A stretch of 64,000 nucleotides of DNA from Camelus dromedarius (lineage: Eukaryota). The DNA lies in contig NC_087437.1 of assembly GCF_036321535.1 (NCBI RefSeq), positions 92,134,001-92,198,000 of the forward strand. Direction: 5' to 3'. Below the pieces are notes generated by a model that did not search any database, was not told the origin of the DNA, and saw only the letters and a program-made list of their open reading frames with translations. Positions within the stretch are counted from its first letter, which is position 1, and the number at the start of each line of letters is the position of its first letter. Both the position numbers and the translations under genes were made by a program. Positions 1 through 11,949 of this stretch are shown here, one piece after another.

Positions 1-358
1 AAGACGCAAAGGAATGGCAAAACCCAAGTGCTTATATATTAGGTTGAACAAAGAGGCAACTGCCGGGAAGTAATTAAACATGTCAGGAGACTGAAGCAAG
101 ATAAAAGTTATTTTAACAATGTACATTAGTACAGAATTTTCTGGGCCTCAACTCCCGAGCTCTGGTGATAAGAATGTTTCTTTCTTTTTGGTATCAAGAG
201 GGCATCATTCTCACAAGAATTTTATCTCCTGCTTTTAGGAAGGAAAAAGAGAAGTCAAGCACCCTTCTTGCACCTGCTGTTTTCTAAGTGCCTTTAGCTC
301 CAAGTAATTCTCATGCCAAAGGGGCATATTTTAGGGTGGCAAATTCTGTCACCCTTTA
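1..358 (-). mobile_element. ERV1 LTR, MER34/MER39-like, cut by the window edge
   Basis: The reverse complement of ~290-358 reads AAGGGTGACAGAATTTGCCACCCTAAAATATGCCCCTTTGGCATGAGAATTACTTGGAGCTAAAGGC, matching the recalled MER34-type LTR 5' end. Confidence 0.75.
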
Positions 359-360
359 CC

Positions 361-435
361 CCAAAGCACAACATAATCGCAGGTCCCAGAGATGGCAATG
401 TGGACATCTTTGGGGAGGGACATTGTTTTCCTTCC
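361..435 (-). mobile_element. MaLR LTR fragment (MLT1D-like 5' end)
   Basis: CAGGTCCCAGAGATGGCAATGTGGACATCTTTGGGG resembles the reverse complement of the MLT1 LTR start. It may be the host of the adjacent ERV1 LTR. Confidence 0.5.
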
Positions 436-1009
436 TAATACCAGTAAAGTTGAATATTCAGCATATTTTACTCCCAATTTGTACTTTTTCCGTGAATGCT
501 TTATGGTTTTTTTTTACTGTTTTGTTAGAGAGTTGATATTTTTCTTCTTGACTTCTAAACATATCTTTTTTATATATGTTAGCCCTGTTATACCTTTTTC
601 TCCAAGCTCTGCATTTCCCTTTTAATTCTTTACATTCTTTAAATTCTTTAATTCCCATTTTTATTCTTGTAAATATGATTCTTTATTTTGATGTCCAGTG
701 CTTTTAATTATACTTTTGTTTAGCTGTCTTTACTTTTATCTTTATTTCCACACATATCACAATAATTCTTATTTTCATCCTATTTTTTTTATCATTCCCT
801 TCTTATTTCTGTTAATCCTATCTGTAAAGTCTTCATCCAGAACACATACTTACCGTATGTTCTGATAAAAGAAAATTTCACATATTGAGGTACAGAGAAG
901 TCATTCTGGTGTATACCTGAGTTAACTTGAATTTCATGCTAAGTAAAGCAGCCTGTTTGTGGTCTATTGAACATACCTTGTACATCTGCTTTAATTATTA
1001 AAGAAAAGG

Positions 1010-1410
1010 GCACATTGACCAGAAGTAAAGAATGTCCATGTCCAAATGTCTCTCTTCCTGGGATGCCAATGCTGGTACACCTTTGATGATAAGACTTCCT
1101 TCTGGGGTGCCAAGGCCATACTGACTCGCTGGGTATGTGCTAGTCTGTTTTTTTGAAACCTTGAAGAAATGTATTCATGAGTTTTTTTTTTTTTAATATT
1201 CTTTGTTCTGACAACATATAAAACTGTGCTGAAAACTATGCTTCTCCAGAGAAGTTTCTCAGAGTAATCTGAGAAAAGTTTCCCAGAGTAATCTTTACAG
1301 TTTCTCAGAGTAATCTGGGAAACTGGCTTCTGAGCCATAATCCTCAGCTTGGGTCAAATAAAACTCTTTTATTTTTCTTATTGATTGTTTATTGATTATT
1401 TTTGTCGACA
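1010..1410 (+). mobile_element. ERV1-type solo LTR (MER41-like group)
   Basis: TATA box TATAAAA at ~1217, AATAAA at ~1357, T-rich U5, and terminus ...TGTCGACA at 1410. The 5' boundary is uncertain. Confidence 0.7.
1253..1316. repeat. Three near-tandem copies of AGTTTC(T/C)CAGAGTAATCT inside the LTR
   Basis: Copies at 1253-1270, 1277-1294 and 1299-1316, read directly. Confidence 0.95.
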
Positions 1411-2754
1411 GTTCCCAGAGGTTGCACAACAATGTTTTCTTCATTGAACAAAGCATTTGTAGATGTAGATCATGTTCATTCTGAGAATATATTGCTTCAA
1501 TTTTTGTGTTCTTTTGTCTCATACACAATTTTATTCTCCTTTCAATTAGTTTCAAGTTCATTAAGCATATATGATATGTCTTCCATTTTGTTTTTATTCC
1601 TTCTTCTATTTGATAAACAGTGATCACATTGAAATTGTATTGACAAGCTGAAAAATATTAGCAGATTCGCAGAAATTTTTAGCTAAAAGGTGGCAACATT
1701 TCAGAGCTACTGTCAGAAGTAATAGCAAATCACACAGAAAAAATGTGGTGTGATATCTTTGTGTCTGTCATGATTATGTAAAGAAGACACAGAGAGTAAA
1801 TGTGAATAACATTTATTTAAGGTTTAAGCTGAGAGACTGAAATGCAAATGAATTATACATTTTCAAAAGTAGGCGGTCTTTTGAAGGGAGCATTGTAATT
1901 CTTCCCTGATTTTTATTATAGTTTGGAATTAATTTATCTCCATAAGAACTTATTTTAGGAATTATGAAGGCTAGCAAATGAATTGAATACATACGCATTT
2001 TCAGTTTAGAATTCAGTTGTGTAAAGAGCAGTCGTATTAAAAATGCAACGTTGTTGAAATCACATCACTTTGCAAACTTACATGTTATTAGTCTAGCTTT
2101 GCCCCAGTTGTTTCCAGAATGACTCATAACTTCATTAATTAAATTGCTCAGGTTCTATTCATGGCTAGTTAGTATCATCAGTTAGACTGGTCAAGAGTAT
2201 AAAGCTACACGACAGCTATCCTCTAGTTTTCAACACTTCTTGAGTTCATGTTTAACCTTGTTAATGTCAGTGTATTTGTTCTCGGTGTGGTTTAAAGGAA
2301 TAGTCATGATTACCCTCTGACTTGAAAATGAAGAGATGGGAGAATTCTTTTCGGCCCAAAGGACTAAATTTCCATGAGTACTGTGGAATGCTTAAAACAC
2401 AATCTATACAATATTTATTATATCTGGAATATGAAAATGGCAGATGTTTCAGAAAATTTCCCTGAATGAGAAGTTAAATATGATTTTAATCAGATTGATG
2501 TGTATGTATATGTGTGCATACAAAAATCTATGTACAGATATAATGCATTTTTGTGATAAATTTGAAACCATGAATGAATAAATAATTAAATTCATTTAAT
2601 AAGCATTTACTTATGGTACCAATGACACAGTTTGCATCCTAGTGAAAAGAGCAACCTAAAATTTTAGACTCTATTTGGAAAAGATAGAATAGAGTTACAT
2701 ACAAAATTCTATGAGTAGAAGGACTTTTTGATTTGGAAATTAATAAAGACTTTT

Positions 2755-3230
2755 GTATCAGTCTGGGATCTCAATGAAGTAAACATCAAGAAGGACTTAA
2801 ATTAGAAAGGCAGGAGATTTCTTGAGGAAGACACCAGTGAAAGCTAGGGTAGAGGGAGTAGGAATTGTCAGAGGGAGTTTCAGACTGTGAAGATCTGACC
2901 ACTGTTCAGTAAAGGAGGAAGGAAGGAAGATTGAATGAGAAGACCTTCAGACTTGACTGTATCCCTGAGAAAGCCCCAACCATCCTAATAAGTTGCTCCA
3001 TTGCAAAGACTGTCCATGAGTGCCCTGTGATGGGGAAAAACGGCCAGACACTAGAACCTCTGCTGTGTGCAGTCACTGAGCAGAAACTGTTTAGGGAGAG
3101 GGTGACTTCACCCCAAATGCTGTGGTGAGTCCCCAGAGCACTGCAACTGAAGGCTGTTGGCTAATTGCACTTTGTGCAGCAGGTTATCTCTTGAAGAGAG
3201 TTCTGTGCAATGCATCTCCATGGCTGCCAG
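2755..3230 (-). mobile_element. ERVL LTR16-like solo LTR
   Basis: Purine-rich LTR16-type segments (CAGACTGTGAAGATCTGACC, GCTGTGTGCAGTCACTG, end CATCTCCATGGCTGCCA). Confidence 0.65.
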
Positions 3231-3269
3231 AGATTTACAGAAATTATGGCTTAAAACTTAATCTTCCCA

Positions 3270-4420
3270 TATCAGTAATTATTTGTTGAATGTCTACCTT
3301 GTGTCAGATAAGAAGAATATTTTCCAAATAGTTCTTCATCTGGTCTACAAGGAGTGGAAAAGTGCTTTTGAAAAGGAAATAAATGCATCATTAGTTTTAT
3401 TGAAGGCCTCTTGCATATCGTGTGGTCTACAACATAGTGAGGCTGGAGAAAGCACGGGATAAGAAGTTACAAAGGTAGGTTAGCTCTTGATGATGGGAGA
3501 TCTCATATTCTGGGCTAAGAACTTTGGTTTTTACTCCAAAGGCAATTGGAGCAGAGAGAGAGGAAAAGCAGAGTTGTCTTAACATCAAACATAAGGCATT
3601 ATTTCAGGAACAAGGAAGACAGCTCATTACTAAAGAAATATCTGGGGAGAAAAAAAAGAGAAGGCAAGGACTAGAGAAATTCACATGACTTAGCAAATTG
3701 TCTTAACGGTAACACTGCTAATTGAAGAGGAGACAGAGAAGGAGTAGCACGTTTGTTTTGAATCTTTGTCAATCAGCATCTACATCTTCATCATCATTAT
3801 CATCAATAATGTTTGGCTGAGGAATTGGCAAGATGGAACAACTGGTCTTCTCATGCACTGAATTTGAATGACCAGCTATAAGTTTAGGTGGAGATGCAAG
3901 TAGACAGTTGAAAATACAGTCCATATCCTAAAGCAGGCTCTAATAATATATTTGGCAGACTTTTGTGTATAATAATAATTGCATAACACTTTGCGGATAG
4001 GTATAATTATGCAGAAAATCTAGAGAGAAGAAATGAGTGTTAGAAAACAGAACTATTAAGAGCTTTTAAGTACGTAGAGAATGAATAGTGGGGTGGTAAT
4101 TGAGGAAATGATTGGTGAACCCTTTCTGAGTACTCTCATTACAGTCGGTGGTAGGTGTTGTACATTAGCAACCGAAATATGAAGAAAACAAAGGATATGA
4201 TCCCTTTTGAAATGTAACATCAAGAGTTTAAAAATCATGTTAGTTTGTTGTATTCTAGTGTAGAGAAAAAGTAGTGTTATTATTATGATTGTTATTGTTG
4301 TTGTTAAGGATAAAAGTTTCTTGAGTATAAAAGTAACTTGAGAAGAAGAAATAACTGGAGGACAGATTGTAGATACCAAAGCGAGAGGGATGATAATAAA
4401 TCAAGCTTCAGAAGAGAGAG
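3270..4420 (-). mobile_element. L2 LINE remnants
   Basis: ATTTGTTGAATGTCTACCTTGTGTCAGATA (antisense L2 3' end) and GGTGGAGATGCAAGTAGACAGTTGAAAATACAGTC. Highly degenerate. Confidence 0.55.
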
Positions 4421-4649
4421 CCTTGAAGGGATCAAAATTTATCATCCAGTTTCACAAATATAAATAAAATTGGTCCTCACATTTTGAACACTTCTTTTTT
4501 TCTCCCAGTGATCATTTCATGTAAAGAAAATATTTGGATTTCTATTCTCAATAAAAACCAATATTACACTGTATCATAGCATTTTGAAATTTCACTATGT
4601 GTGTTTACACTATAGTAATCAATGAATAACAACATGCATTTCTATGAAT

Positions 4650-4880
4650 TAACTGTGTTCCAGACTCCTCAGGTAAAAAATGGGGATAAGAATATAATAG
4701 ATAAATTATTAAAATAGCTTATAACTTTTCCATATATATGTGTATATTAAATGTCCATTTCAAGTCATTTCTATTAGGATTCTGTGCCCCAGGTTGTGTG
4801 AGGATTATATGAATTAGTACACATAAAGAGATTAAAATAATGCTTGGTACATAGTAAATAGCAAATAGTTTTTGTTACTG
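4650..4880 (+). mobile_element. MIR SINE, interrupted
   Basis: MIR core AAAATGGGGATAAGAAT, GGTTGTGTGAGGATTATATGA and TGCTTGGTACATAGTAAAT. Confidence 0.7.
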
Positions 4881-4894
4881 TATTATGTTGTATT

Positions 4895-5820
4895 GACAAG
4901 TATACTTATCATAGAATCCAACAATTATACTCTTAAGTATTTACCAAGAGAAATGAAAACATATTTCCACACAAAATCTTGCATACAAATGTTCAGGGAA
5001 GATTTATTTGTAAAATTCCAAACTAAAACCAACCCAAATGTTCAACAAGAGAGTGGATAAACAAATGTGATATGTACCCATCAATGTAACACTACTGTTT
5101 ACCAACAAAAAGCAACAGACTGGCAACGTACAGGATATGGGTGAATCTCAAACACATTATCCTGAACAAAAGAAGCTGGAAACAAAATAGTACTTCCTCT
5201 ATGATGTGACACATATGTCATTTTAGAAAATACAAATCAGTCTATAATGTAAGACAGAAGATCAGTGATTGCCTGGAGCAAAGTGAGCGTGTGACCTAGG
5301 GAAATATTTTGTGAAATATTCCATAACATTTATATAACACCTCTACTGAGGTATAGCTTTCATCTCATACAGGTCACATGTGTAAAGTGTATAATCCAAA
5401 ATAAAATAAAGTATATAATCCAATAGTTTTTAGTGTATCACAGATATGAGCAATTGTGTTTGTAGTCAGTTTTATAGGGAGGGAGGGTGCAGTCTTGGTT
5501 TAGAAAACATAACAGTTCCTCTTGAGTTTTAGTAGATTTTCTTGAATAGATTTTTTTCTTCATTTGCTGTGTGCCTTTAGGGCCATTTCCAGAGACTTTT
5601 TTAAATGATTTTTTTTTTTTAATTTCACCAGTTTTTCTAGTGAGCATGTTAGCAAAGTCATTACGTTCTCATGGGGTTAGTCATTCTCCATATCTTGAAT
5701 GTAAATGTGGTTATGTCAGTGTATAAATTAGTCAAAAATCATGGAAATATACTCTTAAATATGGGATCATTATATTTTATCTAATTTATGCTTTAACAAA
5801 GTTTATTTAAAATATTTTAA
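4895..5820 (+). mobile_element. Old L1 (L1MD/ME-like) ORF2 end and 3' UTR, split by the insertion at 5326-5685
   Basis: TATTTACCAAGAGAAATGAAAACATATTTCCACACAAAA and GAATCTCAAACACATTATCCTGAA. It resumes at ~5686 with TATCTTGAATGTAAATGTGGTTA. Confidence 0.75.
5326..5685 (-). mobile_element. Internally deleted L1MB-like element (5' end joined to 3' end)
   Basis: 5465-5685 reverse-complements to an L1M 5' end (AAGTCTCTGGAAATGGCCCTAAAGGCACACAGCAAATGAAG...ATTCAAGAAAATCTACTAAA). 5330-5460 is an antisense L1 3' terminus. Weak TSD TTCCATA/CTCCATA. Confidence 0.6.
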
Positions 5821-6256
5821 TTGCCAATTTAAGAGGAAAAGGCATGATGTTATTCAGAAAGTACTGAAGTAGCACTGTATGAGTAATTTAAATACCAACA
5901 TAATTTAAGGATTTCAAATCATTTTATTATGAGGTTGAATGGATGAGCTTTAATGCCTTTTTTATTACCAAGACTGTATGATGTTGTTGGTATATTACTG
6001 GAACATTTTATTTTCATATCCTAGATTATATGTCAAGGAATCAAGTGTGGAACCAGAATTTGAGGGGCTAGATTTTGTACAACTTGAGGGTACTACTTAA
6101 GAAAACAATCTAAAATATCATACATTGTAAATTTTGCAAATGTACTTTTGCCAGATATCTGTTAGCAATATATGATCATGTAAACACACACAGAGATTGA
6201 GCTTTGTTAACTCCACGTCATATCTGCCACTGCCAGGGATCATTTCCATTGTTATC

Positions 6257-6301
<45 letters not shown>

Positions 6302-6308
6302 TACACAC
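6257..6308. repeat. Compound (TA)n(CA)n microsatellite at the L1 tail position
   Basis: Read directly. Confidence 0.95.
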
Positions 6309-6752
6309 ATAATTAAAGTGTAGTCAGTTTACAATGTTGTGTCAATTTCTGGTGTACAGCATAATGCTTCAGTCATAATGAACATACTGATACTCGTTTT
6401 CATATTCTTTTTCACCATAAGTTACTACAAGATATTGAATATAGTTTCCTGTGCTATACAGTATGAACTTTGGTTTATCTAGTTTATATATATTAGTTAG
6501 TATCTGCAAATCTAAAACTCCCAATTTATTCCTTCCCACCCTCCCCCCCCCCACCAGTAACCATAAGTTTGTTTTCTATGTCTGTGAGTCTGTTTCTGTT
6601 TTGTAAATAAGTTCATTTGGCTTTTTTTTTTCTTTCAGATTCCACATATAAGTGATTCTTTCTCTTTCTGGCTTACTTCACTTAGAATGGCAATCTCCAG
6701 GTCCATCCCTGTTGCTGCAGGTGGCATTATTTTATTATTTTTTATGGCTGAG
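6309..6752 (-). mobile_element. 5'-truncated lineage-specific (camelid/cetartiodactyl-type) L1 3' end
   Basis: AGTCAGTTTACAATGTTGTGTCAATTTCTGGTGTACAGCATA, a poly-C tract and TTACTTCACTTAGAATG. TSD TTCCATTGTTATC (6244-6256) / TTCCATGGTTATC (6765-6777). Confidence 0.9.
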
Positions 6753-6857
6753 AATAACCAAGACTTCCATGGTTATCTTTTATGCAGGACTCCTTTTCTC
6801 AGGCTATGAATTTTCCCAAAATTCTGAACACTTGGGAGAAGATTATATTGTAATTTT

Positions 6858-6995
6858 CAGTGTTGCTCTTGGTAAAGATAGAAACAAGGAACATAATTCT
6901 GTGACATCTTTAATTTACTACTCTTCCAGTGTTGAGTTTGATAAGGATATAAATGAGGAACTTATTTATGTGACATCTTTGATTTATCACCATTT
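6858..6995. repeat. Diverged 69-bp tandem duplication
   Basis: CAGTGTTG...GGAAC...TGTGACATCTTT.ATTTA at 6858 and again at 6927. Confidence 0.8.
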
Positions 6996-8214
6996 GAGTT
7001 CATTTGGAGAATATTATTAGTATGTATAGAGTAAATAATTTTCTATTTTGTCAAGGTGGTAGGGATGTCATTTAACTTGACTTCTTTTAGGCTAACCTGG
7101 TATGTCATTTTTTTCCAGGGGAAATAAAACTTTTATTAGACATTTAGTTTTTCAGTGTGATATATCCTTTTCAATAGAGAGAAAATGACATATAAGAATA
7201 TTAAGCATTTAAACACATTAAGAGTTATCAGACTAAGACCAAAACATAAGACTATTACAGGAACGGGAGGTAATAATAGATAACCTTCCAAAAGAGGAAG
7301 AGTTACTGGTAGAACACAAGAGTTACATGAGTGCAAAAGAACTGTGAAGAATCCTAAAGAGAAAAAATAGGGTATATTGTTTTTCCATGTCCCAGGGAAA
7401 CAGAGAAAAGAAAATTGATAAATGGATACTTTCTTCATTTTCAATGACACACAAAAATTGGATGCTGTCAAGCAAATGCCATATATCACCTGAGACGTTA
7501 AATAAACAAAGACATGAAATAAAGTAAATCTCTCCTTACAAATATATTGCTACTTCTTTTCTGCCAGATTCTCTGCTTGCTGTGGTGTGCCTGCAGTAAA
7601 ATCCTATGAGGTAAGAGTTAACCTTTTCCTTTGATGGGAACATTAGGCTATAGTTCCCTTCTGAAAGTTTCATGTGTGATTTCTTAAAAAAAACATGATG
7701 GATGACTTCTACAGAAATACCAGTAGGCAATTATATTGTTACTAGATTTTTTATTTCTGTTTCAACTTTTGCCTTTTTTCACTGAGGAGCATAAAATAAA
7801 ACAGCAATGGTTTTCCATTATAAAAATCATAGATCATATTTTTCCACTGGATCTGCTATTAGGTTATTAAATCTATACACTCTGTAGGGCAAGGTAGTTT
7901 AAATAGATAATTTGATTACACTTTCCCTTGTCTTTTTTTAATCAAATGCCCCCAGCAGGAGAGAGAGATTTAAATAGTGTGTGTATTATAAATTATAATA
8001 TTCACTGTTAGATATGTTTAAATTACTTTCATATTTTCATTTAAGTTTTGCCAGTCACTTGCTGTGTGGCCTTAGGCAAGATACTTTTTCTTTAAATAAG
8101 AAAAAAATATATATTTGCCGATGTATTCAAGCATCTTTTCTTTATGGGAAGCAAGAGCTTAAGTGTAAATGGTATTCTCATTTCTGTTGACCGATGGAGT
8201 TGCACTATTACATA

Positions 8215-8445
8215 AGATCTTGGGTGACTAGATAGCGTGGTAATGAGTACAGGCTTTTATTTTAAGTTGCCTTGGGTTTGAAATTTAGCTTCAATATTTA
8301 TTAAATCTGTAATTTTATTAAAGTTAATTAACCTCAATGAAGAATATGTTTTCTATAAAATATGGGCATAATTACAAGTGTTGTAAGAATTAAATAAGCT
8401 TAAGTATGAGAGCTCAGTTCAGTTCAAAGTCATTTAGGTCTTACT
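8215..8445 (+). mobile_element. MIR SINE
   Basis: ATAGCGTGGTAATGAGTACAGGCTTT, TGGGTTTGAAAT and GTTGTAAGAATTAAATAAG. Confidence 0.65.
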
Positions 8446-11400
8446 GTTATGAAATCCTATACTCTATATAAAACATGCTTTATAAAGAAAAATTATTGAT
8501 TTTTTTTCTTTGATTTTAAACTATGTTGATTATAGAAAAGAACAAAGAATTAGAGGATGAAAAGGTCATTTTTTTCCCAAAAGTTTCTATCTTATCTTTC
8601 TCACCTAGAAGATTTTGCATGGGATATCTTCTTGGTACAACAAACAAGCCTGCTAAGACACCCCAGAGTTTATTTATAGGCTCACAGATTCAGTATCTTT
8701 TTGGGAGCAAAAATGACAGAATATAATCACCTATTATTTAAGAGAGAGATACTACATAGATTTTTTTCCTCTCCCTGTTTTTTTTTTTTTCTATAAGACA
8801 TTTTATAAAAACTCATCTTTTTCCTGCAAGTAAATACTATTAGAAATAATAAAATGCAATCTATAGGGTCACTGACTTATTTAAAGATAAGTGCTAAAAA
8901 TTAGAACGTATTTGTCATCATTAACTTAATAGTATCTGCCTCTGTAATTCCTCAGTGTTCACCATGGAAATTTACTAGCTTGGAACCATAGGAAACCACT
9001 TTTTAGCCTTGGAAATATAATAACTATTCTTAGAATTTTAAAGAAAGATGTCACTCAATTCTGTATGTCATATTTGTTCTCAAGCACAGAATTCTTTAGT
9101 AACTTGAATCTGGCTTATACTGTTTCTACTTCACATCTTGCATATTTGCTTTAATTTTAAACTCCAATGCAAAGCAATGTTACAACAATATTTAGAGTGC
9201 TGATGACTGGCGATGGCCGTAACTCAGTTTTATGTCAAGAAGATATGGCATTTGATGGGGACCAATTAAGATCCATGTCAACATTTGGCTTTTCAGCAAA
9301 TGACATGGTAAATCCTTGGCAGTATAATATGTAAGGCTTCCCATTCATCACTGAAAAGACATGTATTTCCTTGCAAGCTGTTTTGGATGCAAATCTAATA
9401 ATGTGTTGTCTAAGTCCATTTTTAGTTAATTGTTAGCCAATGACAAGAGAGAGAGTTAAAGAGAATGTGGTATTTCCTGACTTGGATGAGAAACTAACTT
9501 AGTTTCCATATTCTAAACTAATTTGAACTCCTAAGGAAACGTAATTTGTATGTTTTAAAAAAATAAGCTCTTTGAACTAATCTGCCATATTTATGAACAC
9601 AATTATGGGAAAGCAGCGAGGAGATACTGAGATTAAAGAAAGTTTCACTGAGCAGGGAAATGCATGGATATTTCACAGGAATGGTAGCTGAAGACTGTTA
9701 TGAAAGTGAAAGGAAAAGGAAGAGATCTTTCTGAAAATAAGGCCAGGGAACCAATTCCATTTTACTAGGAATCCCTTTCTTCATTCAATCCAATATTCAT
9801 GTAACAGACTTGTACCCTCATTCCTTTTATAACCCATATCTAAGGTTCCAATTGGAGCGGTAAAAAGAAATGAGATGTATGAAAATGCATATAGAAATAA
9901 GGAGTGCAAGAGGATAAAGAAATTAAATCATTTAAAGGCTTATCCCATTTTTAAAGCCAGGTAAAATCACTTCTCTGGACTCTATTTCTGCTCGTTGCCT
10001 TTCCTACTGAAAGGCCAAAAGTTTTCATAGCAATTTAAAATTACTATGAAATATTTTTCCTTAACATTAAAAATATACTATTCATTAAAATGGATTTTTC
10101 TCTAAATATTCCTCTCATATTTATTCTCTTTAATTCTGCAATGTATGTTTAATTTCATCTTTTATATTCAGGATTATTTTCTCCACAATCCAGGGACAGC
10201 TATACTACTGTTGAAAATAGTAGCAGTATCATTGTACTATTAGTAGACTTTAATTTTTAAGTGAATGTATTAAGGAAACAAAAATACCTGTGCATTTCTG
10301 CTACCATTTAAAGTTGTGTAATAAAAATTTAATTTTCCAAAAGTAAGTAAGAGAGTTACTATTACATGACACTATTTTGAGATATATTTCTATGTTAATA
10401 TACTGTCCTCAAAAATATTTCTCTCTCATACAAAGATAAATCCATGTTAAGATAAAATTTCAGCAAAAGGAGCAGTGAATAGAGTAGGCTAGTTTGGTAA
10501 GTGGGTTAGTAGAGGAGCCAAAGTATCACGCTACTTGCCTTAAGATCAGAACCAGACTTCTGTGCTTTGCTTTCACAAAATTATCTCTGATGTGAAGATA
10601 GTATTGAGAAACCCAAAATAGATTTGTGCTGAAAATTTAAGGTCTGGTGAATATGAAATAATTATATGACATTGGGACACAAGTCACTTTTGTCACATAT
10701 AAGAAGTTTTATTACAATAGTGTACATAAAATATGATTAAGTGATTTGTGAACCAGGCATTTGATATATTAAAAAATTATTAAGGTGAATTACTTATTTG
10801 GTTGTCTGATAATTATGGCACAGTTTTTTTCTGCAGGGATTCAGTAGGTCCTTATCTAAGCATGTTTTCAATAGAGCAGTGTATTTTGATATGCAGCCCA
10901 CACTCTAATTAGCACTTTGTAATTTCTAGTTTAAAAGAAAACCTTGAGTAGCATATGGATTAAAACATTTTATTGTTAACTACTAAACTGTATGCCTCAC
11001 TGTAAGATGAAAATTAAATATTTTTTTGCTTTTATTGAGCTTTGCTCCCTGACTTTTTATTTTTATAGGATAATTAAATGACTAAACAAGATGAAATGAG
11101 TTATTTAATTTTGTTAGGAAGAGGTAATTTACCTTTGAGAAACCACTTTTCTGAGTATTGGAATGTTTTCCTCATGTCAACTCTCCTGAACTTGCTGGTA
11201 CCTAATTTCTTTTCATTTCTGACATTTATATCAAATATATATTACAGTGAATATGTTTATAATAAATGAACATATTTGTTTTTATATTGTCTCTTAAAAA
11301 TATCTTCAATATCTTAGGTCTGTCTCACTTTTAAAAAATCAAATATGAAGAATAACCTGCAAGATACTTCATTTTTAGAGAATGCCTTATGAAAAACAAA

Positions 11401-11949
11401 AACAGTTTCAAAACGGTAATTTTACATATTGGTGTTGCATGAGTACAGGCAAGCCATGAGGCCCTGAAGTCATCGAGAGATTGTGCTGATGCAGGTGCAA
11501 TCTATGACCTGAAAAAAACAAGCTGTACAGAAAGCCAATCATGAAACCACGGAAGTCCCTTTTCACTTAGTTTCTCTCCCATTTCCTCTTCTACTTTCCT
11601 GTACTCTGCCTAGATGACTACATTTTCAGTCTGTCACTTTCCATTCAGACCATGGAGAGATAAACCTATTCCTTCTTCCAATTGCAGAGGGCAGTGTTGG
11701 GCTGTTCCATCATCTCAGATGGGAGCATCTAGAAGAATAACCAACTTTTCACCTGCTAATCTTGATCACCAGTCCTTATATTATTACGAGAGAAGTCTTC
11801 TTCCCACCAGAACTGAAGGAGCTGAGGAAAAAGAGTACAAAAAGAATTTTTTTCACCACTCTTTCTCCTTGGTGGAATAATTTGAACCATACCAAAGGAG
11901 AGTGATGCTTCCTACCTTCCTTTTGAATACAGAATTCAGGAATATGAAA

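Noticed and set aside
1..358. This or other ERV1 LTRs in the window as the LTR of the 38-41 kb provirus
   Set aside because: They are on the wrong strand and/or 6-38 kb away with unrelated DNA in between.
288..830. Hydrophobic Phe-rich ORFs as membrane proteins
   Set aside because: They are an artefact of T-rich low-complexity or antisense repeat sequence.
1253..1316. CRISPR-like direct repeats
   Set aside because: Spacers are only 4-6 bp, there are no cas genes, and the context is a mammalian LTR.
6652..7020. 122-aa ORF as a gene
   Set aside because: The N-terminus is antisense L1 3' sequence, the start is non-ATG, and I recognise no homology.
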